This document shows, piece by piece, positions 7,163 to 16,967 of a stretch of DNA of 64,000 nucleotides. The position numbers and the translations under genes are program-made. The notes under the pieces are model-generated. The model saw only the letters and a list, made by a program, of their open reading frames with translations, was not told where the DNA came from and searched no databases. Each line of letters starts with the position of its first letter. Position 1 is the stretch's first letter. The stretch lies in NCBI GenBank assembly GCA_964445765.1, contig CAYULD010000003.1:147480-211479 (forward strand). Direction: 5' to 3'. This stretch comes from an uncultured Rickettsiales bacterium (GTDB lineage: Bacteria > Pseudomonadota > Alphaproteobacteria > Rickettsiales > UBA8987).

Positions 7163-10100
7163 ATGGCAATTTTAACCTCGGTAACTCATATCACGCATTA
7201 TAAATATGATAGGCTAGTAAGTTTAGCTCCGCAATCTGTGCGTTTAAGACCTTCGCCGCATTGTAAAATTCCGATTAAATCATATTCACTAAAAATTTCA
7301 CCTGCGGAACATTTCTTAAATTGGTATCAAGATATTTATGGCAACTGGGTTGCAAATATTGTGTTTCCTGAAAAAATTAACGAATTTAAGATAGAAGTTG
7401 ATGTTAAGGCGGAGGTTAGAATTATAAATCCGTTTGATTTTTTTATTGATAAACAGTTTGAAGATTTTCCATTTTCTTATGATGAAAAAACCAAAGAAGA
7501 ATTATTCGCTTATCTAAAACCCGCTGAAAATTCTAAAATATTAATGGATTTTATTTCAGAATTAATTGGCAATAATAAAAAACAAAATTTATCTGATTTC
7601 TTAAAAAATAAATTCAAGAAAAGAAATACTATTGATTTTATTGTAGAGATAAATCGCAAGGTTAACAAGGCGTTGAATTATATTATCCGCCTTGAGCATG
7701 GGGTTTATAGCTGTGAGGAAACTCTTACAAAAAAATATGCTTCTTGCCGTGATATGGCTTGGCTTTTATGCAATATTTTTCGCCATTTAGGAATTGCCGC
7801 AAGGTTTGTTTCTGGCTATTTAGTTCAATTAAAAGCTGATGAAAAACCCGTTGATTCAGATTTAGTAGGCGTAGAAAATGATGTTGTTGATCTTCACGCT
7901 TGGACAGAAATTTATATGCCCGGTGCCGGTTGGGTTGGGCTTGATGCAACTTCTGGCTTGCTTGCTGGTGAAGGTCATATTCCACTTTCAGCCGCACCTC
8001 ATTATGAAAATGCCGCCCCAGTTTCTGGCCTAATTGATTATTGTGAAAGTACAATGCATCATCATATGGAAGTTCACAGAGCTTTTGAAGATGCAAGGGT
8101 TACCAAGCCTTTAAGCGATATAGAATGGAATGAAATTGAAGCCCTTGCCAAAGAAGTTGATGCTGACATTAAAAAGAATGATATTCGCTTAACACTAGGC
8201 GGAGAGCCAACTTTCGTCTCTTCAGAAAATAGAGATGCACCTGAGTGGAATGTGGCAGCAATGGGTGAAGAGAAAATTGCAAAATCTATTGATTTACTAT
8301 TTCGCTTGAGAAATAAATTCGCCAAAGGGGCAAGTTTACAGTTTGGTCAAGGTAAATGGTATGGTGGTGAAACCCTGCCAAGATATGCTTATGGTTGCTT
8401 TTTTCGTTTAGATGGACAACCAATTTGGGCAAATGAAAATTTAATCGCAAGCCCAAAACCAATAAATGAAAATGAAAAGATATATAATTTAGCTGATGCT
8501 AAAAAATTTATTGAGAATTTAACAAATGCCCTTGGAATAGCTCATAAAGCTATAATTCCAGCTTATGAAGATGTGCCATATAATTTACTAAGAGAGCGGA
8601 TTTTACCTCTAACCGGCAAAATTATAAAAAATGCTGAAAAAGATGATGAGATTAAAAGATTACTTAATCTAAATAAAAACGAACTAGGCAAGCCAAAAGG
8701 TTTTGTTCTACCACTTTTATATAGTGTAAAACGAAAAAAATGGATTTCAAATTTATGGAAATTTAGAAGTAAACATCTTCTTTTAATTTCTGGTGATTCT
8801 CCAATAGGTTTGCGTTTGCCAATGGCTAGTGTTCCTTATGTAAAAGCGGGTGAACAAGAAATTCCGCCATATCGCAGTAATTTTGATGATTTAGAAAATT
8901 TTGAAAATTACGAAAAAATAAAGAAAAAATTTCAACAAAAAATTTCTAAAAAAGCTAGTGAAAAAGAAAATTCTTATTTGAATAAAGATGAAAATGGCTA
9001 TGTAAGAACCGCCCTTTGCGTTGAAGTTAGAAAGGGTAAAATTTTTGTTTTTCTACCACCTTTATATTATTTTGAACATTATCTTGAGCTTATTTCTGCA
9101 TTAGAAGTAACTGCTGAAGCACTTGGTTTTCCTATCGTTTTAGAGGGGTATGAGCCACCAAGAGATTATCGCACAAAACATTTTCATATCACCCCAGACC
9201 CGGGCGTGATTGAGGTAAATGTTGCCCCTGCAAAAGATTGGGAAGAATTAAAATTCATAAATAATACGCTTTATGAAGAAGCTAAATATTGCAAACTAAC
9301 TGCTGAAAAATTTATGCTAGATGGCAGATCAGTTGGCACAGGTGGCGGAAATCATATTGTAGTAGGTGGTGCAACCCCAAGTGATTCACCTTTTCTGCGT
9401 CGTCCTGATTTAATAAAGAGCCTGCTTTTATTTTGGCAAAATCACCCAAGTTTATCTTATTTATTTTCATCAATTTTTATTGGCCCAACCTCACAAGCAC
9501 CAAGAATTGATGAAGCTAGAAATGATAGTTTATATGAGCTTGAAATTGCCTTAAACCAAATTGATAAAACCAAAAATATTCCATTTTGGCTAATAGATAG
9601 ATTGCTTAGAAATATTTTGGTTGATTTAACTGGCAATACCCATCGCACAGAAATTTGCATTGATAAATTATACGCCCCAGATGGCGAGCGTGGAAGGCTT
9701 GGGTTGCTTGAGTTTCGTGGTTTTGAGATGACGCCTCACGCTAGAATGAATTTGTTACAAATATTATTGCTTCGTGCAATAATTTCAAGTTTCTGGCAAA
9801 AACCTTATGATGGAAAATTAATCAGATGGGGAACAAATCTGCACGATAGATTTATGCTCCCTCATTTTGTGTGGGAAGATTTTTCTTCAGTTTTAGCCGA
9901 GTTAGAAAATAGAGGATATAAATTTGATAAAAATTGGTTTTTGGCTCAATATAATTTTAGATTTCCTAGATATGGCGTTGCACAAATTGGTGATTGTAAT
10001 ATTGAACTAAAAATGGCTTTAGAGCCGTGGCCAGTGCTTGGTGAAGAGGCAACATCTTTTGGCACATCAAGGGGCGTTGATTCCGCAATAGAGAGGCTTC

Positions 10101-10498
10101 AAGTTAAAATTGAAGGGCTTGATAATAATAAATTTGCACTTCTTGTTAATGGTTATGAATATAAACCGCAAAATTTATCAGCTGATAAAAATATTTTTGG
10201 TGTTCGCTTTAAGGCTTGGCAACCTGTTTTGACACTCCATCCAAATCTTCCAGTAAATTCACCTCTAGTTTTTGATGTGATAAATAGAAAAACTGGCGTT
10301 GCGATAGGTGGTTGTAAATATCATATTGTTCACCAAGGTGGTAGGGCTTATGAGAAAATGCCGGTAAATGTTAATGAGGCAGAAGGTAGAATGATCTCTC
10401 GCTTTGAAACAATTGGCCACAGCCAAAGAAAAATCAAAATTAAGGAATATATACCCTCACCAGATTTCCCACTTACGCTAGATTTAAGAAGGGTTTAA
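7163..10498 (+). CDS. Large transglutaminase-family protein (N-terminal transglutaminase-like domain plus a DUF2126-type C-terminal region)
   Basis: 1111 aa. It has a transglutaminase core with Cys in ASCRDMAW and a downstream DLHAWTE...GWVGLDATSG. Size and layout match the COG4196-type proteins that partner with circularly permuted ATP-grasp and alpha-E proteins. Confidence 0.8.
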   Translation: MAILTSVTHITHYKYDRLVSLAPQSVRLRPSPHCKIPIKSYSLKISPAEHFLNWYQDIYGNWVANIVFPEKINEFKIEVDVKAEVRIINPFDFFIDKQFEDFPFSYDEKTKEELFAYLKPAENSKILMDFISELIGNNKKQNLSDFLKNKFKKRNTIDFIVEINRKVNKALNYIIRLEHGVYSCEETLTKKYASCRDMAWLLCNIFRHLGIAARFVSGYLVQLKADEKPVDSDLVGVENDVVDLHAWTEIYMPGAGWVGLDATSGLLAGEGHIPLSAAPHYENAAPVSGLIDYCESTMHHHMEVHRAFEDARVTKPLSDIEWNEIEALAKEVDADIKKNDIRLTLGGEPTFVSSENRDAPEWNVAAMGEEKIAKSIDLLFRLRNKFAKGASLQFGQGKWYGGETLPRYAYGCFFRLDGQPIWANENLIASPKPINENEKIYNLADAKKFIENLTNALGIAHKAIIPAYEDVPYNLLRERILPLTGKIIKNAEKDDEIKRLLNLNKNELGKPKGFVLPLLYSVKRKKWISNLWKFRSKHLLLISGDSPIGLRLPMASVPYVKAGEQEIPPYRSNFDDLENFENYEKIKKKFQQKISKKASEKENSYLNKDENGYVRTALCVEVRKGKIFVFLPPLYYFEHYLELISALEVTAEALGFPIVLEGYEPPRDYRTKHFHITPDPGVIEVNVAPAKDWEELKFINNTLYEEAKYCKLTAEKFMLDGRSVGTGGGNHIVVGGATPSDSPFLRRPDLIKSLLLFWQNHPSLSYLFSSIFIGPTSQAPRIDEARNDSLYELEIALNQIDKTKNIPFWLIDRLLRNILVDLTGNTHRTEICIDKLYAPDGERGRLGLLEFRGFEMTPHARMNLLQILLLRAIISSFWQKPYDGKLIRWGTNLHDRFMLPHFVWEDFSSVLAELENRGYKFDKNWFLAQYNFRFPRYGVAQIGDCNIELKMALEPWPVLGEEATSFGTSRGVDSAIERLQVKIEGLDNNKFALLVNGYEYKPQNLSADKNIFGVRFKAWQPVLTLHPNLPVNSPLVFDVINRKTGVAIGGCKYHIVHQGGRAYEKMPVNVNEAEGRMISRFETIGHSQRKIKIKEYIPSPDFPLTLDLRRV

Positions 10499-10505
10499 CA
10501 ATTTG

Positions 10506-11594
10506 CTACTTCCCAGTGAAGAATAAAGCCAATAAATCTATGGCGAAGAAAACAACTATAATAAATTCTAGCCATAGCATTTTCGCACTTGAAATTTCAG
10601 AGTGAGCTACAGAATATAATGTATCTAATTGTGAAAGCCTCTCTGCAACGCTATTACGCCATTTATCTAAGTGAAATTTTTCTCTAGCACCCATATAAAC
10701 CCTTGCTAAATACCAATCACCAAAAAATTTTGTAATATGGGTAACTTCATCATTTAGCTTTGTAACATCAACCCTTAAAGTTCTTAGATTTCTTAGGATG
10801 TTATAATTAAAATTGAATAAACCAATTTTCTTATATTTAACATCATCATAGGCTTTATTGAGATAATTATCTAGGCGATAATCCATCACTTTATATTCTT
10901 CAAGCTGAAGATTTGCGAGTTCTAAAACATAAATAGTATCTTCAACATAGCCGGTTAAATCAACTACAAAGGCAGAATCCCAGTCAATAACAGATATTTC
11001 TTGATTGCTATATGAAAGATTAATTTTAAGAGTTTCTTCAATCTGCTGGTTGCTCAAAATATTAGGCTTACTTTCAGTTATAAGCTCTGCAATTTTAATT
11101 CTATTTTCATTATACCAATTATTGATATTGGCAGAGTTTTCATTTTCTAAATCAGTAACGCAAAATATTGTATATGCTTCAGGTTCAAAATTTTGTTGGG
11201 CTTCTTGAATTAACGCAGGCTTTATGTTTTGCACAGTTTTTTTGCAAATATTAATTGCAATTTCATCAAGTTTTAAGCCGTTATCTAGTTTAGGGGCGTG
11301 AAATTGTTGAAGGTTTTCAAAATCAAAATTTTCAAATTCTAGATGAAAATTGATTGAAATAACGCCAACCTCATAAATATTTAATTTTGCTTTTAGCTTT
11401 TTGCCATTTGATAAAATATCTAAATCAGAAACCTCAAATGAAAGGGGCTTATATAAAGGTATATCTTTTGGAAAAGTGTGATCTGTGCTGATTTCAAGGG
11501 GTAAGGCATCAGATTGTAAAATTTCAGAAAGTTTTTTAGTATTAACTTCATTAGCAACATCAAATGCGTATAAATAAACAACTTTACCCTTCAT
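10506..11594 (-). CDS. Membrane-anchored protein, possibly RMD1/DUF155 family
   Basis: 362 aa with a single C-terminal TM (LWLEFIIVVFFAIDLLALFF). That TM is preceded by segments resembling the DUF155 C-terminal pattern (LE-w-IIivLI). Family assignment is by eye only. Confidence 0.4.
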   Translation of the reverse strand: MKGKVVYLYAFDVANEVNTKKLSEILQSDALPLEISTDHTFPKDIPLYKPLSFEVSDLDILSNGKKLKAKLNIYEVGVISINFHLEFENFDFENLQQFHAPKLDNGLKLDEIAINICKKTVQNIKPALIQEAQQNFEPEAYTIFCVTDLENENSANINNWYNENRIKIAELITESKPNILSNQQIEETLKINLSYSNQEISVIDWDSAFVVDLTGYVEDTIYVLELANLQLEEYKVMDYRLDNYLNKAYDDVKYKKIGLFNFNYNILRNLRTLRVDVTKLNDEVTHITKFFGDWYLARVYMGAREKFHLDKWRNSVAERLSQLDTLYSVAHSEISSAKMLWLEFIIVVFFAIDLLALFFTGK

Positions 11595-11695
11595 AAAAAT
11601 ATAAGAACATAAATTTTACTTTATGTTGTAACTGAAAATGCAATCTTGTCAAAAAATTACAAAAAATAAATTATTTTTAAGAATATAGCTCTACA

Positions 11696-12490
11696 TCAAT
11701 AATTCTCTACATCAATACTTGGATATCTTTTTGCAGGGGCTGCTGGGTTTTCCTCTTTAATTACTATTGGTTTAGGAGGAGTATTATGTTGATCTGCATC
11801 TGATATCACAATATTAGGATACTCATGCTTACTATTACGATCAAATATAACACCTCTTCCTTTAAAGCCTAAAAGGTTAGCTACTTTAATAGGTAGAAGT
11901 CTTAATAATTTTGCTGTTTTAGAGCTTCCTAATAAACTATAATCTTTTGGAGCTTCTCTAAAGCCAGTATTTAGAAAAAAATTTTTATATTCTGATAGTT
12001 TAGCTTCTACAGCATCATTGCACAAAACAATAATATTAAATTTATTAATAATAACTCTATTACCATTAATTAAATCACCATTTAAATTTTTAAGATAACA
12101 TGCTGCATCTCGGTACATATCTTTTATTACTAAAAATAAATTATCTCTATTACATTTTAAAGATAAAAAATCTCGAGAAATTATAATTTCTTTAAAATTT
12201 GTCGGCTTTTCAGCTCCATTATTATTTTCATTAAAATTGAGTATTAAATTTGCACCTGTATCTCTGCATTGGTACATTTTAACATTAGAATTTTCACAAA
12301 GGTTAACTATCAGATCTGAAGAGCTGTTATGGTCATTTGGATTATTAAAAAATAAATATTTAATTTCAGCATTTTTGAGATTTACAGTTAAATTTCTTGA
12401 AGAGCAATTTATAAGTAAATCTTCAATATTTCGATTTTCAATAGTAATGGTATCTGAATTTGCATCGATTTTAATTTTTTTTTCAGACAT
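11696..12490 (-). CDS. Hypothetical protein with degenerate x-L-x-V-N-L-x-N repeats and a Pro-rich tail
   Basis: 264 aa ORF with no recognisable family. Repeated NLTVNLKN / LIVNLCEN / LILNFNEN strings occur in the N-terminal half. Confidence 0.5.
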   Translation of the reverse strand: MSEKKIKIDANSDTITIENRNIEDLLINCSSRNLTVNLKNAEIKYLFFNNPNDHNSSSDLIVNLCENSNVKMYQCRDTGANLILNFNENNNGAEKPTNFKEIIISRDFLSLKCNRDNLFLVIKDMYRDAACYLKNLNGDLINGNRVIINKFNIIVLCNDAVEAKLSEYKNFFLNTGFREAPKDYSLLGSSKTAKLLRLLPIKVANLLGFKGRGVIFDRNSKHEYPNIVISDADQHNTPPKPIVIKEENPAAPAKRYPSIDVENY

Positions 12491-12661
12491 TTGGATCTTG
12501 AGTGTTTTTATTAATAGAGAATATAAGATTATTTGACATTAAAAAAATTTCATTTCAAACAAAAATTATATACACAAAAAAATTGTTTTTTATGGAACTT
12601 AAGTAAAATATAACATATTTTGATTATTGTCCAATTCAAAGTTTTTTAAAATTATATCCAT

Positions 12662-13318
12662 ATGACCCAAAAAACCAAAATAGCCCCATCAATTTTATCA
12701 GCGGATTTTTCTAAACTGGCGGAGGAAATTCAAGCCATAGATAAAGCCGGTGCGGATATGGTGCATATAGATGTTATGGATGGCAGATTTGTGCCAAATT
12801 TAACTATTGGGCCTGTGGTTCTTTCTTCCATCAGAAAAGTTACAAAATTGCCGTTTGATACTCACTTGATGATTGTTGAGCCGGAGAAATATATCTCTGA
12901 TTTTCGTAAGGCAGGTGCGGATATTATAACAGTTCACTATGAAGCCTGCCCACATCTTGATAGAACAATCTCACAAATTAAAGAAACTGGTGCCAAGGCT
13001 GGGGTTTCAATAGTTCCCTCAACGCCTGAAAGCGTGCTTGAATATATATTGCCTGAAATTGATTTAGTTCTGGTGATGTCTGTAAACCCCGGTTTTGGTG
13101 GGCAAAAATTCATACCTTATTCGCTTGAAAAAATTAGAAATCTTCGCAAGATGATTGATAAAACTGGCAAAAATATTATGCTGCAAGTTGATGGCGGAGT
13201 TAACCAAAATAACATCAGGCAAATTCTTAATGCAGGGGCGGATACCATAGTTGCAGGCTCCGCAGTGTTTGATGGCAAGCCAGAGAATTATGCAGGTAAC
13301 ATTGAAAAACTTAGATAG
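12662..13318 (+). CDS. rpe: Ribulose-phosphate 3-epimerase
   Basis: APSILSADF...[17 protein letters not shown] and [12 protein letters not shown] signatures. Confidence 0.95.
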   Translation: MTQKTKIAPSILSADFSKLAEEIQAIDKAGADMVHIDVMDGRFVPNLTIGPVVLSSIRKVTKLPFDTHLMIVEPEKYISDFRKAGADIITVHYEACPHLDRTISQIKETGAKAGVSIVPSTPESVLEYILPEIDLVLVMSVNPGFGGQKFIPYSLEKIRNLRKMIDKTGKNIMLQVDGGVNQNNIRQILNAGADTIVAGSAVFDGKPENYAGNIEKLR

Positions 13319-13450
13319 AATTATAAAAATTGAGTATATTTTTTGAAGAAATTTGAGTCTACTTTATAATAAAAACATCAAGGATTTTCTATAATTTCAA
13401 AGAGAATATTTCATTTAAAAAAATTAGAAAAAAATAACTTAAAAAAATTT

Positions 13451-13606
13451 ATGACTGAGGAAAATCAAAATAAAGAATCGCCGCACCCAAAGAATAATGA
13501 TGAGCTTCAAGAAATTTTATCTAAAATCCCTGAAATTGGTGGGCCAAAAACCGGCACAACAAAATTTGGCGATTGGAGCAATAAAGGCAGAGTAAGTGAT
13601 TTCTGA
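13451..13606 (+). CDS. DUF1674 / SDHAF4-like small protein
   Basis: 51 aa ORF absent from the track: MTEENQNKESPHPKNNDELQEILSKIPEIGGPKTGTTKFGDWSNKGRVSDF. The C-terminal E-I-GGPK...(F/Y)GDW-x-x-KGR-x-x-DF motif characterises DUF1674. Confidence 0.7.
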   Translation: MTEENQNKESPHPKNNDELQEILSKIPEIGGPKTGTTKFGDWSNKGRVSDF

Positions 13607-13643
13607 TTTTTAATTTTACTAAATCACTCACGCTTTGATTATC

Positions 13644-14513
13644 TTAAGCCTTAGTAGTAAGTGGAAGCATAAAATTTTGGAGTTTTTCTAAGGCACGATT
13701 TTCAATTTGGCGAACTCTTTCACGAGAAATTCCATAAAAATTGCTTATATCATCAAGTGTGAGTGGGTTTTCAAGAAGTCTGCGTTTTCTGATGATATCC
13801 CTTTCCCTATCGTTGAGGTTTTCTAAGGCTTTTGCAAGTAAAGCCTTGTTAAAATTTTCCTCTTGAGCATTAGCTAAAATAACTTCTTGATTGTCAGATT
13901 TATCTTCAATGAAATTAATTTTCTCATCATCACTATCTTCAGCAATAGAGGTGTTGAGGGATTGTGCTTTATTACTCATCAACATATCCATATCACGCAC
14001 TTCTTCTGCGGTAACATCAAGCGTTTCAGCTATTTCATCGGTATTAGCATCAGACATATTAATAGATGATGAATCACCAGTAAGCTGATTTTTTAGCCTT
14101 TTCAGATTGTAAAATAACCTTTTTTGAGTAGCACTTGAGCCAATTTTAACTATTGACCAAGATTTTAATACAAACTCATTAATGGTTGCTTTAATCCACC
14201 ACATTGCATAAGTTGAAAGCCTAAAACCTTTAGATGGATCAAACTTTTTAACGGCTGTCATAAGGCCAATATTACCCTCACTGATAATGTCATTTATCGG
14301 AAGGCCATAACCCCTAAAAGACATAGCGATTTTAACTACCAAGCGAAGATGGCTTGTAACTAGTTTGTGAGCGGCTGAGATATCATTATGCTCTTTATAG
14401 CGAACCGCCAGCATATATTCTTCATTCTCATCTAATATTGGGAATTTATTGACTTGCTCAATATAGGCAGTAAGCCCATTTTCTTGAATTACAGGAAGAT
14501 TTATCTTACTCAT
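13644..14513 (-). CDS. rpoH: RNA polymerase sigma-32 heat-shock factor
   Basis: Sigma-70 family regions 2-4 plus an RpoH-box-like ATQKRLFYNLKRLK. Confidence 0.93.
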   Translation of the reverse strand: MSKINLPVIQENGLTAYIEQVNKFPILDENEEYMLAVRYKEHNDISAAHKLVTSHLRLVVKIAMSFRGYGLPINDIISEGNIGLMTAVKKFDPSKGFRLSTYAMWWIKATINEFVLKSWSIVKIGSSATQKRLFYNLKRLKNQLTGDSSSINMSDANTDEIAETLDVTAEEVRDMDMLMSNKAQSLNTSIAEDSDDEKINFIEDKSDNQEVILANAQEENFNKALLAKALENLNDRERDIIRKRRLLENPLTLDDISNFYGISRERVRQIENRALEKLQNFMLPLTTKA

Positions 14514-14547
14514 AAATAACCTCCATTTTTTATGATTTCTTATGATT

Positions 14548-14576
14548 TATTTATAATAACTTGATTAATTAGTCAA
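14548..14576 (-). promoter_or_regulatory. Candidate sigma70-type promoter for rpoH (TTGACT-N17-TAAATA)
   Basis: On the minus strand, TTGACT is at 14576-14571 and TAAATA at 14553-14548, about 35 bp upstream of the ATG. Called by eye. Confidence 0.35.
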
Positions 14577-14678
14577 GAAAAATTGGAACAAAATTGGAGC
14601 ATAAATTGAAAAAATAATTAATTATTCATTTTAAGACTTTTAAAAAACATTCTTAATGTTTTTTAATTAGAACTTCAC

Positions 14679-14707
14679 TTGACTAATTAAATGCAAGTTA
14701 ATAAAAG
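14679..14707 (+). promoter_or_regulatory. Candidate sigma70-type promoter for tRNA-Leu/arsC (TTGACT-N17-TAAAAG)
   Basis: TTGACT is at 14679-14684 and TAAAAG at 14702-14707, just upstream of the tRNA 5' end. It shares the block cttgactaatta with the rpoH promoter on the other strand. Confidence 0.3.
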
Positions 14708-14720
14708 GCTTTAATTTTTA

Positions 14721-14805
14721 GCGGTTATGGTGGAATTGGTAGACACGCAGCCTTGAGGTGGCTGTGCCGCGAGGCGTGGAAGTTCGAGTCTTCTTAACCG
14801 CACCA
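14721..14805 (+). tRNA. tRNA-Leu (anticodon GAG), class II with long variable arm, CCA encoded
   Basis: Acceptor GCGGTTA/TAACCGC. Anticodon stem CAGCC/GGCTG with loop TTGAGGT. Variable arm GCCGCGAGGC. T-loop TTCGAGT. 3' ACCA. Confidence 0.9.
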
Positions 14806-14817
14806 TTGAATTTTTAC

Positions 14818-15306
14818 ATGAAATCAGAGTTCAAAATTCTATTTCTATGCACGCATAATTCTTGTCGCTCAGTAATGGCAGAAGGCTTGATGCAACATTA
14901 TAGCAAAGGCAAGTTTAAGGTCTATTCAGCGGGAAGTTTTCCATCAGGTAAAATAAACTTAAAAGCAATACAAACTCTTCAGAAAAACGGCATTAAAGCT
15001 GATTATAATAATTTCAAAAGCCAATCTTGGGATGATTTTGAAAATATAAAAATGGATATTGTTATCACTGTTTGTGATAATGCCTCTGGTGAAACCTGCC
15101 CATTGTTTTTGGGCGGAGCTGTTAAGGCTCACTGGGGCGTTTTTGATCCATCGCAAGTTAACGGTGAAGCAGAAATTGAATCCTCATTTCAAAATGCATT
15201 TGAAATTTTGCAAAAGAGAATAATTGCCTTGGTTGAATTGGATTTGAATAATCTATCAAAAGAACAGCTAAAACAACAATTAGATAAAATTGGTAATATT
15301 ACCTAA
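14818..15306 (+). CDS. arsC: Arsenate reductase, LMW-PTP (thioredoxin-coupled) type
   Basis: CTHNSCRS (C-X5-R-S) P-loop and a downstream CDNASGETCP Cys pair. The start is moved to the ATG at 14818 because the track ORF start at 14758 overlaps the tRNA. Confidence 0.8.
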   Translation: MKSEFKILFLCTHNSCRSVMAEGLMQHYSKGKFKVYSAGSFPSGKINLKAIQTLQKNGIKADYNNFKSQSWDDFENIKMDIVITVCDNASGETCPLFLGGAVKAHWGVFDPSQVNGEAEIESSFQNAFEILQKRIIALVELDLNNLSKEQLKQQLDKIGNIT

Positions 15307-15334
15307 TTTTTTAATTATCAAATTCACAAATCTA

Positions 15335-16897
15335 TTAATGCCTGAAATGCCTAATGCCGGTGAAGACCATTGCGATGTTATTTTTATCTGCGGCTTCTAT
15401 AACTTCTTCATCTCTAACAGAGCCACCGGGTTGAATAACCGCTGTTATACCTTCTTTTGCACCAGCTTCTAGGCCATCTGCAAAGGGGAAGAATGCATCA
15501 GAGGCAAGCACTGAGCCTTCCGCACTTTCAGAGTTTTTATTCACTTCTTTTGCCTTCCAAGCACCAATGCGAGATGAATCTATACGGCTCATCTGCCCAG
15601 CACCAATGCCGATTGTAGCTAAATCTTTAGCGTAAACTATCGCATTAGATTTTACATGCTTGCAGATGGTAAATGCAAAAAGTAAATCTTCCATTTCTCT
15701 ATCAGTTGGCTTGCGTTTTGTAACAATTTTTAAGTTATTTACATCAAGCACAATATTATCTTTATCTTGCAGTAAAAAACCAGATTTTATTGCTTGAATT
15801 TTCTTTTCAGAAATTTGGTTTGCGTTCTTAATATGCCCAATTTCAAGCACTCTTAAATTCTTTTTACTGCTGAAAATTTCTAGGGCTTCTTTGGTGTAAG
15901 AAGGTGCAATTATAACTTCGCAAAATATTTTTGCGGCTTTTTCTGCGGTGGTTTTATCAACTTCACGATTAAAGGCAAAGATGCCTCCAAAAGCAGATAC
16001 GGGATCACAATTAAGAGCTTTTTCAAAAGCTTCTGCCAGATTTTCAGAGGAAGCAACACCGCAAGGGTTATTGTGTTTTACAATAACGGCAGATGGCTGT
16101 TGAAACTCAGAAACAAGCTCATAGGCGGAATCTGCATCTAAAATATTATTATAGCTGAGCTCCTTACCTTGTAAGAATTTTGCATTAGCAACTGATGGAA
16201 TATTGCTATCTGCAACATATAAAGCGGCTTTTTGATGAGGGTTTTCACCATATCTAAGAATAGATTTGCGATTTGCTGTAAGGGCAATTTTTTCAGGAAA
16301 TTCAACGCTAAGCTGATTATCAAACCAAGTGGCGATTGCGGAATCATAACTTGCGGTTCTAGTAAAAGCCTCACCAGCTAAGGCTTTGCTGATTTCTTCA
16401 GGGATAGAATTATTATTCTGCTTCATAATTTCAATAATCCCTTCATATCTCTCAGGGTTAACAACAACCGCAACAAATTTATGATTTTTTGCAGATGAGC
16501 GTATCATTGAAGGCCCCCCAATATCAATGTTTTCAATGGTTTCTTCAAATGATGCATTTTTCTTAGCGGTTTCTTCAAATGCATATAAATTCACAATCAC
16601 CATATTAATTTGTTCAATATCGTGAAGCTCCATAGCTTTCAGGTGCTCTTTATTATCTCGCACTGCAAGCAAACCGCCATGAACTTTAGGGTGCAGGGTT
16701 TTAACTCTGCCATCCATAATTTCAGGAAAGCCAGTGAATTCTGAAATATCTTTAACCTTAATATTATTCTCTTTTAGCAATTTTGCTGTGCCACCAGTTG
16801 AAATAATTTCAATTTTTTGGCTATCCAAAAATTTTGCGAAATCTACAACGCCAGTTTTATCAGTTACAGAAATTAAGGCTCTTTTAATTTTAATCAT
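15335..16897 (-). CDS. purH: Bifunctional AICAR transformylase / IMP cyclohydrolase
   Basis: Full-length 520 aa with the typical N-terminal MGS-like domain (ALISVTDKTG) and a C-terminal AICARFT domain. Confidence 0.97.
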   Translation of the reverse strand: MIKIKRALISVTDKTGVVDFAKFLDSQKIEIISTGGTAKLLKENNIKVKDISEFTGFPEIMDGRVKTLHPKVHGGLLAVRDNKEHLKAMELHDIEQINMVIVNLYAFEETAKKNASFEETIENIDIGGPSMIRSSAKNHKFVAVVVNPERYEGIIEIMKQNNNSIPEEISKALAGEAFTRTASYDSAIATWFDNQLSVEFPEKIALTANRKSILRYGENPHQKAALYVADSNIPSVANAKFLQGKELSYNNILDADSAYELVSEFQQPSAVIVKHNNPCGVASSENLAEAFEKALNCDPVSAFGGIFAFNREVDKTTAEKAAKIFCEVIIAPSYTKEALEIFSSKKNLRVLEIGHIKNANQISEKKIQAIKSGFLLQDKDNIVLDVNNLKIVTKRKPTDREMEDLLFAFTICKHVKSNAIVYAKDLATIGIGAGQMSRIDSSRIGAWKAKEVNKNSESAEGSVLASDAFFPFADGLEAGAKEGITAVIQPGGSVRDEEVIEAADKNNIAMVFTGIRHFRH

Positions 16898-16967
16898 AAT
16901 TTTAATATCTTATTTTTTGACATTTTTAATTCCTTATAGTTAAGTGAATGTAAAATAAAATATAAAA

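Noticed and set aside
7725-8325. Minus-strand ORFs (123 aa and 83 aa) inside the transglutaminase gene, and similar shadow ORFs elsewhere. Examples include 946-1161, 2493-2854, 3845-4072, 5161-5373, 6765-7001, 9457-9660, 11005-11208, 12237-12536, 13887-14088, 14959-15472, 16138-16374, 16734-16943, 18306-18524, 19447-19683, 21394-21897, 28059-28259, 29576-29818, 31130-31360, 32735-33216, 34059-34241, 36056-36376, 38911-39537, 41115-41315, 42286-42534, 43612-44046, 44721-44969, 45629-46584, 47852-48034, 48863-49057, 51708-51890, 60618-60806 and 61513-61704.
   Set aside because: All lie within or antisense to longer ORFs with clear family signatures. They have biased low-complexity composition typical of off-frame translation in AT-rich DNA.
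14758-14817. N-terminal 20 codons of the track ORF 14758-15306
   Set aside because: They overlap the 3' half of tRNA-Leu (14721-14805). The ArsC homology begins at the internal Met at 14818.
14721-15306. tRNA-Leu-linked genomic island carrying arsC
   Set aside because: There is no integrase, and no direct repeat of the tRNA 3' end was found downstream. arsC is followed directly by the convergent purH.
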